Origin: a virus
Lineage: Duplodnaviria; Caudoviricetes
Virus record (IMG/VR): IMGVR_UViG_3300043959_000228
Strand: one strand, 5' to 3'
DNA: 64,000 bases
Below the pieces are notes generated by a model, which did not search any database, had not been told where the DNA came from, and saw only the letters and a list, made by a program, of their open reading frames with translations. Positions within the stretch are counted from its first letter, which is position 1. Each line of letters begins with the position of its first letter. Positions 49,801-59,214 of this stretch are shown here, one piece after another. The position numbers and the translations under genes are program-made.

Positions 49801-50983
49801 CGCTATTAACATTAATAACTCTACATCATTAATCACATCAGCCGTCAAAATTCACCCAGATGATCCTGATATCGTATTCGGTTTTGCCATGATTAAGAAG
49901 ATCAGCGCGAATATTGGTGACGAGATCGTAGCAGCTCGTAAAGCTAATGGTGGACGATTTAAAGATTTTGACGACTTCATCAAACATGCTCCTGATAAAG
50001 TCTTGAAGAAGGGTGTTCTCGAGAGATTGGCAGATGTAGGTGCGTTTGATTGTCTAGGCATGACGAGAAAAGGCATAGCTGATAACGCCGAGGCCATAAC
50101 TATTGCGGAGAACAAGCGTCGCTCAGTATCAAAGCAAATGGCTGGTTCCCTATTCTCTATGATTGGTAATAGCGCGTCTACGACTAAGGAAACCCATTTT
50201 GATATTCCTAACACCAAGGATCTTCCATGGTTGCAACGCCTTGACTTAGAATCAGATCTACTGGGTATGACCATATCCGGTGAGCCGATGGATCACATTG
50301 GAGAGGGTCTGAACTTCTATATGTCAGCTGAACCAGACCATTCCCTATATACGACCGTCAAAACGTTGAATGAGGCGGCTGCTGTTCATCGAGAAGCCAT
50401 GAGGAACGTACAATCTGATGGCGTGTTTAGACGAAGAGCGCGGAAACCGGTGGTTCTTGCTGGATCGCTCGTTGACGTCGAGAAGAAGAAGCTGAAAAGC
50501 GGTAATGGCTTCTGGCTCTCCTGTAAGATCAAGGACTCTACTGGCGTCATATCAGCGCGAATGGGCTCTAAGCAGATTGATGAGATTAGTAAGCGTTTAG
50601 GATCTGATCCAATAGAGAACGTCATTTACTGTATTCATGGATCAGCTGGAGACGATTCCGTTAGCATACAGGATCTCGAAATCATACCTGTAGACGATGA
50701 GGGACGAGTACCCATCTTTGTTCGCATCAGCGAGGGATCCTCACAGAATCAGAAGATTAAGGATCTTAAGCTAGCTTTTAATAGGCATCCCGGGAACACA
50801 CCAGTATGTTTTAACATCAGAAAAAAGAATAATAGTGGCCTATGGAATTACGATCAGGAACAATTAGCTGGATACATTGCTCTTGATGAGGACGCCATCA
50901 TTGATTACGAGGCTATCGTTGGAAGAAGTCGTCTATGTTCATGGGTACAACATCTTAAACAACGCGATCAGGACATGTCATGA
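46877..50983 (+). CDS. dnaE: DNA polymerase III alpha subunit
   Basis: HTHSHYS, TDHG, TNDAH, GRGS, FERFLNPERVSPPDVDTD, THACG, KMDFL, YQEQ and YGFNKSH motifs. Confidence 0.96.
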   Translation: MSSDGSGFVNLHTHSHYSILDGYATPEEYLRRASSLGQSALGLTDHGNLYGVHELIKTARDLSRSKNKKGKPQNPIYVKPIVGIEAYVAPLNEDGARHKGPIYYGQGDHESDVSASGAYLHLTLLAINDIGFHNLIKLSTESFKRENFYYKNRIDQDMLAKWNEGIVAFTGCPSGEIQTRLRLGQKKEAYDYARRMMDLFPDRYYVEIMQHHMKRGLEREILPELVTLADDLNLPLVATNDAHYSAPEDALHQDEMLCIQTNTTGGSSYMNDATKDEGGPRFSFDGDDYYLKSEEEMLSVFPDDQYPNAVSNTVRIANMVGDWWSNDDALIDLPHAHGGIDEHMNPSGKGFTYFSSTTSNVNGFQHTDRKRMQSLIDDGSIALGPYDLSLTKGIRPKITIPEGWSETDWFKKKINDGYENRRVMAGDSPEVLAESKRRINEEMPVFVNNDFTQYMLVVQDYINAARQAGISIGYGRGSVGGSEIAYLLDISRTDPIKHDLLFERFLNPERVSPPDVDTDFQSSRKNEVLVYAKSKYGSDKVANIITFGTFGCKQAFRDAAKIYHMLPNEVNLVSGMIPDGSTEEGNPTMEAMYDPESKWYPLAGDFRKAVADGGDKWSKIGDAAIALQGRIKSLGTHACGVIMSDEPISDRVPLCWESNEKKAAENVWVDCRVQWGYEACESMGLIKMDFLSLSDLDVVQDTLHNIDNIENAEEGLSHVDGVVDQIVRAHKDPPDFDAIVHGDMDDIDTYAMLSKGDSIGCFQLGSEGQQDLLRLMRPTEFNDIVAINALYRPGPMKQNAHLAYSNRKNGREPVYVINKDLDRAFKGTPVEDILSTTWGCMVYQEQIMQISRRLSGYSRGEADSLRKAIGHKIPAEMERNKTKFIEGAMTNNADHKYHYTKSDVENLWSFIEGFAKYGFNKSHSVSYAITAYETAYLKAHYPSEFYAALMTEKIGKKDDLAKLLASLRARGLNIGAININNSTSLITSAVKIHPDDPDIVFGFAMIKKISANIGDEIVAARKANGGRFKDFDDFIKHAPDKVLKKGVLERLADVGAFDCLGMTRKGIADNAEAITIAENKRRSVSKQMAGSLFSMIGNSASTTKETHFDIPNTKDLPWLQRLDLESDLLGMTISGEPMDHIGEGLNFYMSAEPDHSLYTTVKTLNEAAAVHREAMRNVQSDGVFRRRARKPVVLAGSLVDVEKKKLKSGNGFWLSCKIKDSTGVISARMGSKQIDEISKRLGSDPIENVIYCIHGSAGDDSVSIQDLEIIPVDDEGRVPIFVRISEGSSQNQKIKDLKLAFNRHPGNTPVCFNIRKKNNSGLWNYDQEQLAGYIALDEDAIIDYEAIVGRSRLCSWVQHLKQRDQDMS

Positions 50984-51040
50984 ACACGATACACCGATAT
51001 CTTACTCATATCGTAGGAAACTTATCATTATGCTAAGGAG

Positions 51041-52618
51041 ATGTTCGTGGTTAGGAAGAGATTTGATGACTTCTCCTCATGGGATACGCCATCAACATCA
51101 ACAACCAGAAAAGCGTCAAAGTATAGTATTGACGCTTGGGATGATGATACTCCGAATCAACCGCCAGAACCAGTACAACGACATCGCGTTCTTCCTACGG
51201 CTACTCCTGCAACCAAGCAAGCCGCTAAGCCGAATCATATTACACCAGTAGATTCTCCATCATCGCAACAAGTTGCTCCTCATCATGAGAAGCCTAAGGA
51301 AGATCAAGAATCGTTTATTACGCCATTCGAGGATTTCCTGGGTACAGATGAGGACATCCAAGACGAGGAATTATTACAACCAAAATCTACAGACGATCAA
51401 CCATCTAATGATTTAGAAAACCGTCAGAAAGCAGCTAGTGAGAATCGTCATCATGGTCTTAGCGCCATGATGAGGAAACACGCCATAAGCCATCATACCG
51501 CTATACCCGCATCTAATCAGACGACTCCTGCTGAGGTGCCTGACACGGCCTATAATCAACAGTTAGACACAGACCATCCATCAAATCAAATAGACGATAT
51601 AGGTACTGATACCACCTCTGCGTCCTCATCTCCATACGATTTCAATGATTACGATATCGAGCCTGATTTCAAACAACCAATCGTTGAAGATCAACCCCAA
51701 TTGACATCTGAAAGCATAGAACCAGCTGATTATTTCACCTCTGATGAGGGCAAGCCTATCGATCCTGAATCTGATGAAAATCTCCCCTGGTCTATACCAG
51801 ATGGACACGTTCAGGATGATAACTTCGTTTTTGATGATTCCTCAACGCCAAGTGATGATCACGTAGACGGCAATGCAGACGAGTATGAGATGGCTACTGA
51901 TCCATCTAATGATAATGAACAGGATGACCCTACCGATGACGCAGATGAGGTCCCAATTCAGGAACCAGAGGATAGTGATCAATCATCAGACGATGAGCCT
52001 AATCAGGATGATATGAAACATCGGCTTGGATCATTATGGCATCAGATTAAATCTGATTTAACTGGTGGAGACGATCAGTCATCCCATCAGGGTGGAGAGA
52101 ATAATCAGAATGATCGTCATCCTAAACAAATCGGATCTGGTACAAGTCATCCTTCTATCCATCCTATCCATTGGCTGAGAAGCATTATTAATGCAGTATT
52201 CTCATTACTGCATATTACTGGTAGAATCGCTAAGATAGGCATATCATTAGGATTCATCCTTATACTAGCTTGGCTAGTGCTCAATATTATCACAGCATTT
52301 GATAAGGGATCCTCAATTCATGAGAGTCATGATGAGGGTGTGGTATCCGTCGTGTCAACGTCCTGGCATGATGCATCATTATCTACGAGGGTGACCAATC
52401 ACTCAGATCTTATCGCTCATATCACTGGTAAGGCTATAGTCAAAGCATGGTCACCGAATCTTAATCCTATATCACTCGTCAATCCTAGTGTGATAGCAAC
52501 ATGCTCGTTCACATCTCTTGACGTGAATCCTGGAGCTACGGTTGATTGGCCGTCAACGTGCTCTAAACAAGGATCTGGCTTATGGAATAGGATATCAGTC
52601 ACGATTGAATATCAGTGA
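51041..52618 (+). CDS. acidic low-complexity protein with a TM helix and small C-terminal extracellular domain
   Basis: Asp/Pro-rich region, a hydrophobic helix, AAGGAG and GATATCT (50996) upstream. Confidence 0.7.
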   Translation: MFVVRKRFDDFSSWDTPSTSTTRKASKYSIDAWDDDTPNQPPEPVQRHRVLPTATPATKQAAKPNHITPVDSPSSQQVAPHHEKPKEDQESFITPFEDFLGTDEDIQDEELLQPKSTDDQPSNDLENRQKAASENRHHGLSAMMRKHAISHHTAIPASNQTTPAEVPDTAYNQQLDTDHPSNQIDDIGTDTTSASSSPYDFNDYDIEPDFKQPIVEDQPQLTSESIEPADYFTSDEGKPIDPESDENLPWSIPDGHVQDDNFVFDDSSTPSDDHVDGNADEYEMATDPSNDNEQDDPTDDADEVPIQEPEDSDQSSDDEPNQDDMKHRLGSLWHQIKSDLTGGDDQSSHQGGENNQNDRHPKQIGSGTSHPSIHPIHWLRSIINAVFSLLHITGRIAKIGISLGFILILAWLVLNIITAFDKGSSIHESHDEGVVSVVSTSWHDASLSTRVTNHSDLIAHITGKAIVKAWSPNLNPISLVNPSVIATCSFTSLDVNPGATVDWPSTCSKQGSGLWNRISVTIEYQ

Positions 52619-53454
52619 CGGTCACGAAGTAGATTCCTACCGACTTTCTGAAGAGTTTGTTCCTTCAATGAACTCTTGGCTGTCTTACTGGCTTTCGTGT
52701 TATCAATGGTCTGTCCCCACCAGTTTGATCCAACAACCCTGGAGTGGACACCATGATTTGAACAGGACGCACCAGTCCCATCATGCTCTGCTTCACTGAT
52801 AATCCAGCACTCAGTCCTGCTTAGTATATCAGGTGTAAGATCATGCTGTCGAGGATCGTCACTCGGAATCATTTCTTTGATTTGTTGAAGGATGACCTCA
52901 ACCTGTCCATCTCGTTCTGCATTCAGAATAGCCTCCTGATACCGTAGAACCTGATAGACATCGTTCTTCTTTGCTCGCCTCTTGACTTCGACAATAATCA
53001 ATGATTGAGTTGACTGACGATATCCTATAAGATCAATACTGCCGTTCACGGTTTTCAGTTCTCGTCCAAGACAATATGAATCTTGACCAACGTATTCAGA
53101 CCAATGATCGTCGCGTGACAGCCATTCCTGTAATTGCCGTTCAGTCCCATTCACCATGCTCTTAGCCGTGTCAGTAGTCATTGGAATGGTCATATCAAGA
53201 AAGATCTCATAAATTGTGACATCAATGATCTCACCCTTCTTGCTTTCCACGCTAATAATCGATTGGCCGTCGGTAGACGCTGATTCTGTAACGTTAATCA
53301 CATCAGTCATGTAATTGACTGGCTTCACACCAGTAGATCGATGGATGAGGAACGATCCATCGTCCTTCAATATCAGCAGTCTGACACCACGACCTCTACG
53401 TGTTGATCCACGACCGTCATAATCAACTTCACAATCTACTTTCAGGAGCCTCAT
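52612..53454 (-). CDS. nucS: mismatch-specific endonuclease NucS/EndoMS
   Basis: CEVDYDGR, RLLILKDDGSFLIH, KPVNYM, GTERQLQ, IDL..VEVKR..QVLRY; TATAAT-N7-ATG at 53454. Confidence 0.88.
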   Translation of the reverse strand: MRLLKVDCEVDYDGRGSTRRGRGVRLLILKDDGSFLIHRSTGVKPVNYMTDVINVTESASTDGQSIISVESKKGEIIDVTIYEIFLDMTIPMTTDTAKSMVNGTERQLQEWLSRDDHWSEYVGQDSYCLGRELKTVNGSIDLIGYRQSTQSLIIVEVKRRAKKNDVYQVLRYQEAILNAERDGQVEVILQQIKEMIPSDDPRQHDLTPDILSRTECWIISEAEHDGTGASCSNHGVHSRVVGSNWWGQTIDNTKASKTAKSSLKEQTLQKVGRNLLRDRH

Positions 53455-53506
53455 ATGGCGCATTATACCTACGGTAGAGTGACCTGTAATGGCATATCTA
53501 TATCAT

Positions 53507-55474
53507 ATGAGCCATATATCATCAACCGCATTCGACGATTTGGGAAGACGCAAACCAGGAACATATGCTAATGGCGATGAAGCAAGATTAGGTCATCGCA
53601 AACAACCATCAACCATTCATCATGCATCCAATAGTTATCCTCAGCAGAATGCGCCCGATGCGGCTAAATCAAACCGACGAACCGTTCTCGAGGTCCCTTT
53701 TGAGGATCGGTACGAGGCTCGGAACGCTGGTGTCAAATATGACGCTAAGTTAAAGATGAGTTATGTTGAGGGCGACGTACCAAATCGTTTACAACGATGG
53801 GCGTCTCTTGATTATTCATATCCAAGATGGATTGAGGATCAAATGAATGGACGGTTAGCTCCTGTCGCTTTAGGTCCGACATTGTTCTCACCATATCCTC
53901 ATCAGGAGCGGGCAGCTAAAGCAATTCTAGGGGCATACACGAAAGGGTTACCCGGTTTTCTCATTGCTGACAGCACCGGACTAGGAAAGACGCTGAGCAT
54001 CGTAGCGGGCATAGCCGATATTGCTAAACAACGTGGAGCATCATCGAAGAGACGATTGAAAGTCCTCATATCGTGTCCTAAGGGAGCCATGCCAGTATGG
54101 CGTCAGACATTGAAATCATATGCTGATAGTCAGTTACTCAGACCCATGATTCTTAATTATCAACAATTACAGAAATTATTGAAAGAGCCCTCCTCTATGA
54201 AGAAGGAATCGAGTAAAGCCCGTAAGGCTAAGACGGGTACAGGACGTAAACACGCTAAGAGTAGAGCCGCCAGGAATCTTACTCGTGATGGAGAGCCAAG
54301 AATTAATTTTGACATTATCGTATATGATGAATCGCACTATTTAAAGAACTATGGTTCCAGTAATATGAGCATGGCCGCAGCGAACATTGCTAAGCTGCAT
54401 CAACCATATCATCGCGGTAAGAGTCCATTTATCGTGTATTCAACCGCAACACCAGGAAGCACGCCGTTACATCTTGCTATTATGAGCCCGTTGCTATCTA
54501 GGCTTATTGATCCTTCATTGTCTAAGCATATCGATCCTAAGCAATGGGGCTCATTCCTCCACGATGAGGGTTTTCACGTATCACGGAAAAACGCATCAAG
54601 CCCATGGTCGTGGATTAGTGTCCCCTGGTATGGTGCGCATTCTACTGATCCTAAGGAACGCAAGAAATACGAGGACGCTAAAAAGAAGACACTAGCGATT
54701 CAGAATGCTGACACTGAGCGCATAGGGTCAGCGTGGTCGTCCTCGTCTGGATACATAGCCAGGGACCCATCAGATCTTAAGGGCTGGCCATTACAACAAG
54801 TCGAGCCGTATTACATCGAATTAGACGCACAGGGCCGAGAAGCATACGATGAGGCTTGGACGAGATTCAGATCGTTCCTACGATTGAAGTCGAAGGGGCA
54901 GTCAGATCCTAAAAGCGCATTGACAGAGAATCTCCGATTCAGACAGAAGGCCTCATTATTGAAAGCTCCAACGATAGCTGAGCATGCCCTTGATCTTGTT
55001 GATGAGGGTAAGCAGGTATTCATTGGATGCCAATTCTTAGAGACTGTGGACACCATAGAGAAGATCCTAACAGCGAGAAAAGCTAAGTGGACTGAGGTCA
55101 GTGGACGAGTTGACGATAAGGTGGCTAATAGGCTGATATTCCAGCGAGGTGAAGCCAATATCGTGCTCTGCACCGTTACTGAGGCCGTGTCCTTCCATGC
55201 TGGTGAGACGTTACCTGATGGATCTAAAGCTACGATGAATGACCGTGTAACCATTATGGCCGATATCAGACAGAATCCTAATGATTGTATCCAGCAAATG
55301 GGCAGATGCCATCGTGAAGGTCGACATTCCCTCTGCGAGTTCCCTGTGATTCTGGACACCGTCGATGTGAAGGTTATGGAGTCATTCATTACGAAAGCAC
55401 GGAATTTGAAAAAGATGAAGCAGGAATCAGATCCAGATTATCTTGACCGAGTCTTTGAGGAGATGCCTGCATGA
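53507..55474 (+). CDS. SNF2-like SF2 helicase with an N-terminal DUF5710-like segment
   Basis: LEVPFEDR..A..AGVKYD, YPHQ, ADSTGLGKT, DESH, TATP and QQMGRCHR motifs. Confidence 0.85.
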   Translation: MSHISSTAFDDLGRRKPGTYANGDEARLGHRKQPSTIHHASNSYPQQNAPDAAKSNRRTVLEVPFEDRYEARNAGVKYDAKLKMSYVEGDVPNRLQRWASLDYSYPRWIEDQMNGRLAPVALGPTLFSPYPHQERAAKAILGAYTKGLPGFLIADSTGLGKTLSIVAGIADIAKQRGASSKRRLKVLISCPKGAMPVWRQTLKSYADSQLLRPMILNYQQLQKLLKEPSSMKKESSKARKAKTGTGRKHAKSRAARNLTRDGEPRINFDIIVYDESHYLKNYGSSNMSMAAANIAKLHQPYHRGKSPFIVYSTATPGSTPLHLAIMSPLLSRLIDPSLSKHIDPKQWGSFLHDEGFHVSRKNASSPWSWISVPWYGAHSTDPKERKKYEDAKKKTLAIQNADTERIGSAWSSSSGYIARDPSDLKGWPLQQVEPYYIELDAQGREAYDEAWTRFRSFLRLKSKGQSDPKSALTENLRFRQKASLLKAPTIAEHALDLVDEGKQVFIGCQFLETVDTIEKILTARKAKWTEVSGRVDDKVANRLIFQRGEANIVLCTVTEAVSFHAGETLPDGSKATMNDRVTIMADIRQNPNDCIQQMGRCHREGRHSLCEFPVILDTVDVKVMESFITKARNLKKMKQESDPDYLDRVFEEMPA

Positions 55475-56928
55475 TCAACACGATGACGCGACGAGTGATG
55501 CATGGTTGTCGGAAATTAGTTCAGCATCGGTATGCACCATACGTCATAGCGTCTATGCCACAATTGATTTGTCTGCTCATTTTCTGGCCAGGCGTTCTAC
55601 AATTTGATCACACGGTCAGCATGCTTGGTATCGAATATGGGCAGCCTAATGCTTGGCATAGCGTGCTCTGGGGATATATGGCCGCACCATTCGTCTATGA
55701 TGCACCCTCATATGGTGTCTATGGGCTTATCCAGGTTAGTATACAGGTGGCTATTGTCTGTTACTCATTGAAAGCGATGATGAATATGGGTATTGTTCAT
55801 CGCAGAGGACAATACGTCTTAGCCTTCATATACGGGCTCAGTCCATGTTATCTCATGTATGGTCTCCTATGGGGAACAGATACGTTATTCGGTTTGATGA
55901 TGCTGCTCTTAACGACACAATTAATGATGATCCATCACGATGATAACATCATTACGAAGCGATCGTGGATATTCATTATGATCGTTAATCTGTTCCTCCT
56001 GGAGGAGTTCCGGAAGAACGCTATTCTTCTTATCTTCATCGTAGGCATAACCCTGCTGATCCATTATAAACGGCGGCATCTTATCCGGACCATGGCCATA
56101 TTACTGATACCCTTGATGATGAGTATAGGATTGTCAGCTATTTTTACGACTATCGGGGTCATACCCTCCCCAACGCAAGAAGCATTATCCGTTCCTGCTC
56201 AGCAAATCGCGAGGGTATCGTCTACTGGTGGTACGGTGTCTCCATGGGCGAAACATGTTTTTGAAAAGACGAGATCATGGGAATCTTGGGGTAAAGAGTA
56301 CCTGCCAACATTCGCCGATCCAGAGAAGAAGAACCTGCATGTTGACGCTGACTTCTACAAGGCCTGGTTAGACACGGGATTGAAGAATCCTATGGTGTAT
56401 TTCCAAGCATGGCGTGATCTTATGTTCCCATACTGGCAGATGGGAACCGATCGTCTTCACACCGTACGAGTAGATGATGTCATACAGGATTTTAATCAAT
56501 ACCGCTTATTCAAAGACGTCTGTATTCCTACAGGAACGATCTGCTATAATGACAATAGCATTAATCAACGCTTGACAAGTCGTCATTCACCAGCTTTAGT
56601 GCTCCTACAAAACTCCTATGGCTACATAGTCTATGGTCATGTTCCTGTAGTGTCAGAAGCCTATATGCTCATATTCTTCAATAATGCTCTACCATTATGG
56701 GTTCTTATCATATCCTTCATTATGGTGAGACGAAAGCGATCGTGGTTCATGATTGGTCTGCCATTATTGTATATCATGTTGAGCCTATTAGCGTTCTCCC
56801 CGGTGGCGTTATTTAGATACGCCATCCAATTATACTGGTCACTTCCAGTATTCATTGCTTGGGCTATGCATGAAAGGAGGACGTCAAATGGTCGACGCGT
56901 CAATCGTCATCATCATTCCTTGTCTTAA
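55471..56928 (+). CDS. polytopic membrane protein (DUF6020-like, probable GT-C glycosyltransferase)
   Basis: WPGVLQFD, WHSV, FRKN, EALSVPAQQIAR and FRY motifs; coupled to a GT2 gene. Confidence 0.65.
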   Translation: MINTMTRRVMHGCRKLVQHRYAPYVIASMPQLICLLIFWPGVLQFDHTVSMLGIEYGQPNAWHSVLWGYMAAPFVYDAPSYGVYGLIQVSIQVAIVCYSLKAMMNMGIVHRRGQYVLAFIYGLSPCYLMYGLLWGTDTLFGLMMLLLTTQLMMIHHDDNIITKRSWIFIMIVNLFLLEEFRKNAILLIFIVGITLLIHYKRRHLIRTMAILLIPLMMSIGLSAIFTTIGVIPSPTQEALSVPAQQIARVSSTGGTVSPWAKHVFEKTRSWESWGKEYLPTFADPEKKNLHVDADFYKAWLDTGLKNPMVYFQAWRDLMFPYWQMGTDRLHTVRVDDVIQDFNQYRLFKDVCIPTGTICYNDNSINQRLTSRHSPALVLLQNSYGYIVYGHVPVVSEAYMLIFFNNALPLWVLIISFIMVRRKRSWFMIGLPLLYIMLSLLAFSPVALFRYAIQLYWSLPVFIAWAMHERRTSNGRRVNRHHHSLS

Positions 56929-57565
56929 TGAAGAATTGACTATAGGATCGGTCATCGACGATTTCGCTGACGCCGTTCCACAAGCTGACATCGTGGTATA
57001 CGATAACGGATCGACGGATCGTACTGCTGACATTGCTAGAGATCATCATGCTCGAATCGTTACCGTATCGGAACGAGGAAAAGGATTAGTCCTTAGACAG
57101 GCCTTCACGGAACTTGACTATGATATTTACGTGATGGTTGATGGTGACGCGACGTATCCGGCAGGGCCTTGCGTCCAAATGATTCACGATCTCTGCAAGC
57201 ATCATGCTGATATGATCGTTGGTGACAGATTATCATCAACTTATTTCACAGAGAATAAAAGGCCGTTGCACGGATTCGGTAATCGTATCGTCCGATGGAT
57301 GATTAATACTATCTTTCACGGATCGATAAAAGACGTTATGAGCGGATATCGAGTTCTGAGTAGGCGCATGGTGAAGTCAATATCAATTCGTCATGACGGC
57401 TTCGAGGTGGAGACTGAACTCACTATTTATGCTCTTCAGCATCATCTGATGGTAATGGAGCAGCCAGTGAATTATGTTGATCGACCTGAGGGATCAACGA
57501 GTAAACTCCATACGATAAAAGATGGGTTCAGGGTGATGAGAACCATCTTTCAATGTTGGATATAG
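56888..57565 (+). CDS. GT2 polyprenol-phosphate glycosyltransferase (GtrB/DPM1-like)
   Basis: IIPCLNEE, YDNGSTD, GKG, VDGDATY, DVMSGYR and FEVETE motifs; AGGAGG RBS. Confidence 0.9.
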   Translation: MVDASIVIIIPCLNEELTIGSVIDDFADAVPQADIVVYDNGSTDRTADIARDHHARIVTVSERGKGLVLRQAFTELDYDIYVMVDGDATYPAGPCVQMIHDLCKHHADMIVGDRLSSTYFTENKRPLHGFGNRIVRWMINTIFHGSIKDVMSGYRVLSRRMVKSISIRHDGFEVETELTIYALQHHLMVMEQPVNYVDRPEGSTSKLHTIKDGFRVMRTIFQCWI

Positions 57566-57701
57566 ACTCATTGTGACACCACGAACAATATAATCCTATC
57601 CATATAAAATCTTCATCTCAGCCATTATTCGTCATAAATGATCGTTTTTCTCGTCAGAAGACCGTTATGAGATAACAATGATTATTGTTGACAATCTGCA
57701 A

Positions 57702-57721
57702 AACGTTGCTATAGCAACGTT
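57702..57721. promoter_or_regulatory. perfect 20-bp palindrome upstream of the pilin promoter (candidate operator)
   Basis: AACGTTGCTATAGCAACGTT, 15 nt before GATATCT at 57737. Confidence 0.5.
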
Positions 57722-57823
57722 CGTTTATATGACCCTGATATCTTTATTGCATGGGAACGTGCTTTTTGCGCGTTTCCACGGACAAAATAGAAACGCGCAA
57801 AAATCCATATGGAGGTTCCTACA

Positions 57824-58084
57824 ATGAAGGAATATTTTTCTGACAAGGTGAAGTCTGAGGACGGAGCTGAGACGATCGAGATCATCATCGGTATCGTGGT
57901 CTTCGTGGTCTTCGGTTTGACTGTGTTCGGAATGATCACCAAGGCCGGTGGCAACAAGGCTGCCAGCATTTCCAACTGTTTCGCTAAGTCAGGAAACATT
58001 TTGAGTCAGACATCTGACAACGCTAGCACGAAGACTACGTGCAACGATGACAGTGACACTGCCTCATACTCTTACAACAAGTGA
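57824..58084 (+). CDS. Flp/type IV prepilin
   Basis: Class III signal SEDG^AETIE with E5 and a hydrophobic helix; two Cys; GGAGG RBS. Confidence 0.8.
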   Translation: MKEYFSDKVKSEDGAETIEIIIGIVVFVVFGLTVFGMITKAGGNKAASISNCFAKSGNILSQTSDNASTKTTCNDDSDTASYSYNK

Positions 58085-58123
58085 GAGTAATCATTTAGAA
58101 GAGCCTCTCTTCTGAATGATGCC

Positions 58124-58163
58124 AATTTAGCCCACGAGTATACTATTATTCGTGGGCTAAATT
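58124..58163 (+). terminator. terminator after the pilin
   Basis: AATTTAGCCCACGA / TCGTGGGCTAAATT. Confidence 0.75.
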
Positions 58164-58217
58164 TATGCCCGACGCCGAGAAAGACCCAGGAAACGTATGG
58201 GCTGATATCTTTACCTC

Positions 58218-59132
58218 ATGAACGTTTTCACACCGAAGCTGCTAGCAGTATTAGTATTCATTATGATTATTCTAATCGGATACGCCTTCACCGTCAGGAA
58301 ATCGTCTATTGATGCCCATTTTGACACTCTAGAAAAATCGAAGGGCATGACGAAATACCTCGCTTTACTCGGTCAGGAAACCGTTAAGATTATTCCTGAA
58401 CGTATCGTTAGGACTGATCGAGTCAAAGAGGGATCTATTAATGCTCGCCTCCGACGAGCTGGTAATCCATGGGGTGTGAATGCCACCGAGTTTATGGTTC
58501 TTAAAGTCGGATCGTGCGTCGCTGGACTAATTCTAGGTGCTGTGTTATGGTTCTTAATGAAGGATTACATGTCCATACCTGTGTATGTATTCATGATAGC
58601 ATGCGCACTATTTGGATACATCTATCCTGACCGCGTATTATCAAAACGTGAGAAGCAGCGAGTCATTTCTTTCAGAAAAGAGCTTCCTGAGGCTCTGGAA
58701 TTACTAGTCGACTCGATGTCCGTATCGAACTCTATGGAAATCGCCATGCCTAAGATTACACCATTGTTAAAGGATGGATTAGTCAAGCAGGAATTCACCA
58801 GAGTCTGTGATGATTTGAAAGCTAAGCGTGGACTAGTCGAGGCGTTAACCGATTTATCTGAACGTGCGCCATCAGCCGATATTGAAGCTTTCGTGAATAT
58901 CGTTATCCAAGCACGACGAACAGGTACAGACATCACGGCAGCCTTGCTGAGAAGATCGAAGACATCACGACAAGAATACATTGCTCTTCTTGATAATCGT
59001 ATTGCTTCCCTTGAATCAAAGATCATGGCCATGCTAATGCCTACCATGACTGGTGCATTAATCTGCGTATCAGTTGGACCATCGTTAGTGTCCATCTTCG
59101 GCGCACTTGGTGGCAGTGGAAGCGTCATCTAA
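58218..59132 (+). CDS. tadC: TadC-like (T2SS F domain) pilus platform protein
   Basis: RLRRAGNP, ELPEALELL, QEF..V..DL, QARRTGT and terminal TM helices. Confidence 0.85.
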   Translation: MNVFTPKLLAVLVFIMIILIGYAFTVRKSSIDAHFDTLEKSKGMTKYLALLGQETVKIIPERIVRTDRVKEGSINARLRRAGNPWGVNATEFMVLKVGSCVAGLILGAVLWFLMKDYMSIPVYVFMIACALFGYIYPDRVLSKREKQRVISFRKELPEALELLVDSMSVSNSMEIAMPKITPLLKDGLVKQEFTRVCDDLKAKRGLVEALTDLSERAPSADIEAFVNIVIQARRTGTDITAALLRRSKTSRQEYIALLDNRIASLESKIMAMLMPTMTGALICVSVGPSLVSIFGALGGSGSVI

Positions 59133-59214
59133 CACATTTTATCATCTATTGATATCCTAATCATGAACAGGTCATGAGAACCTATTAGCAGCAATCATAA
59201 AGGAGAGCCTCTAA

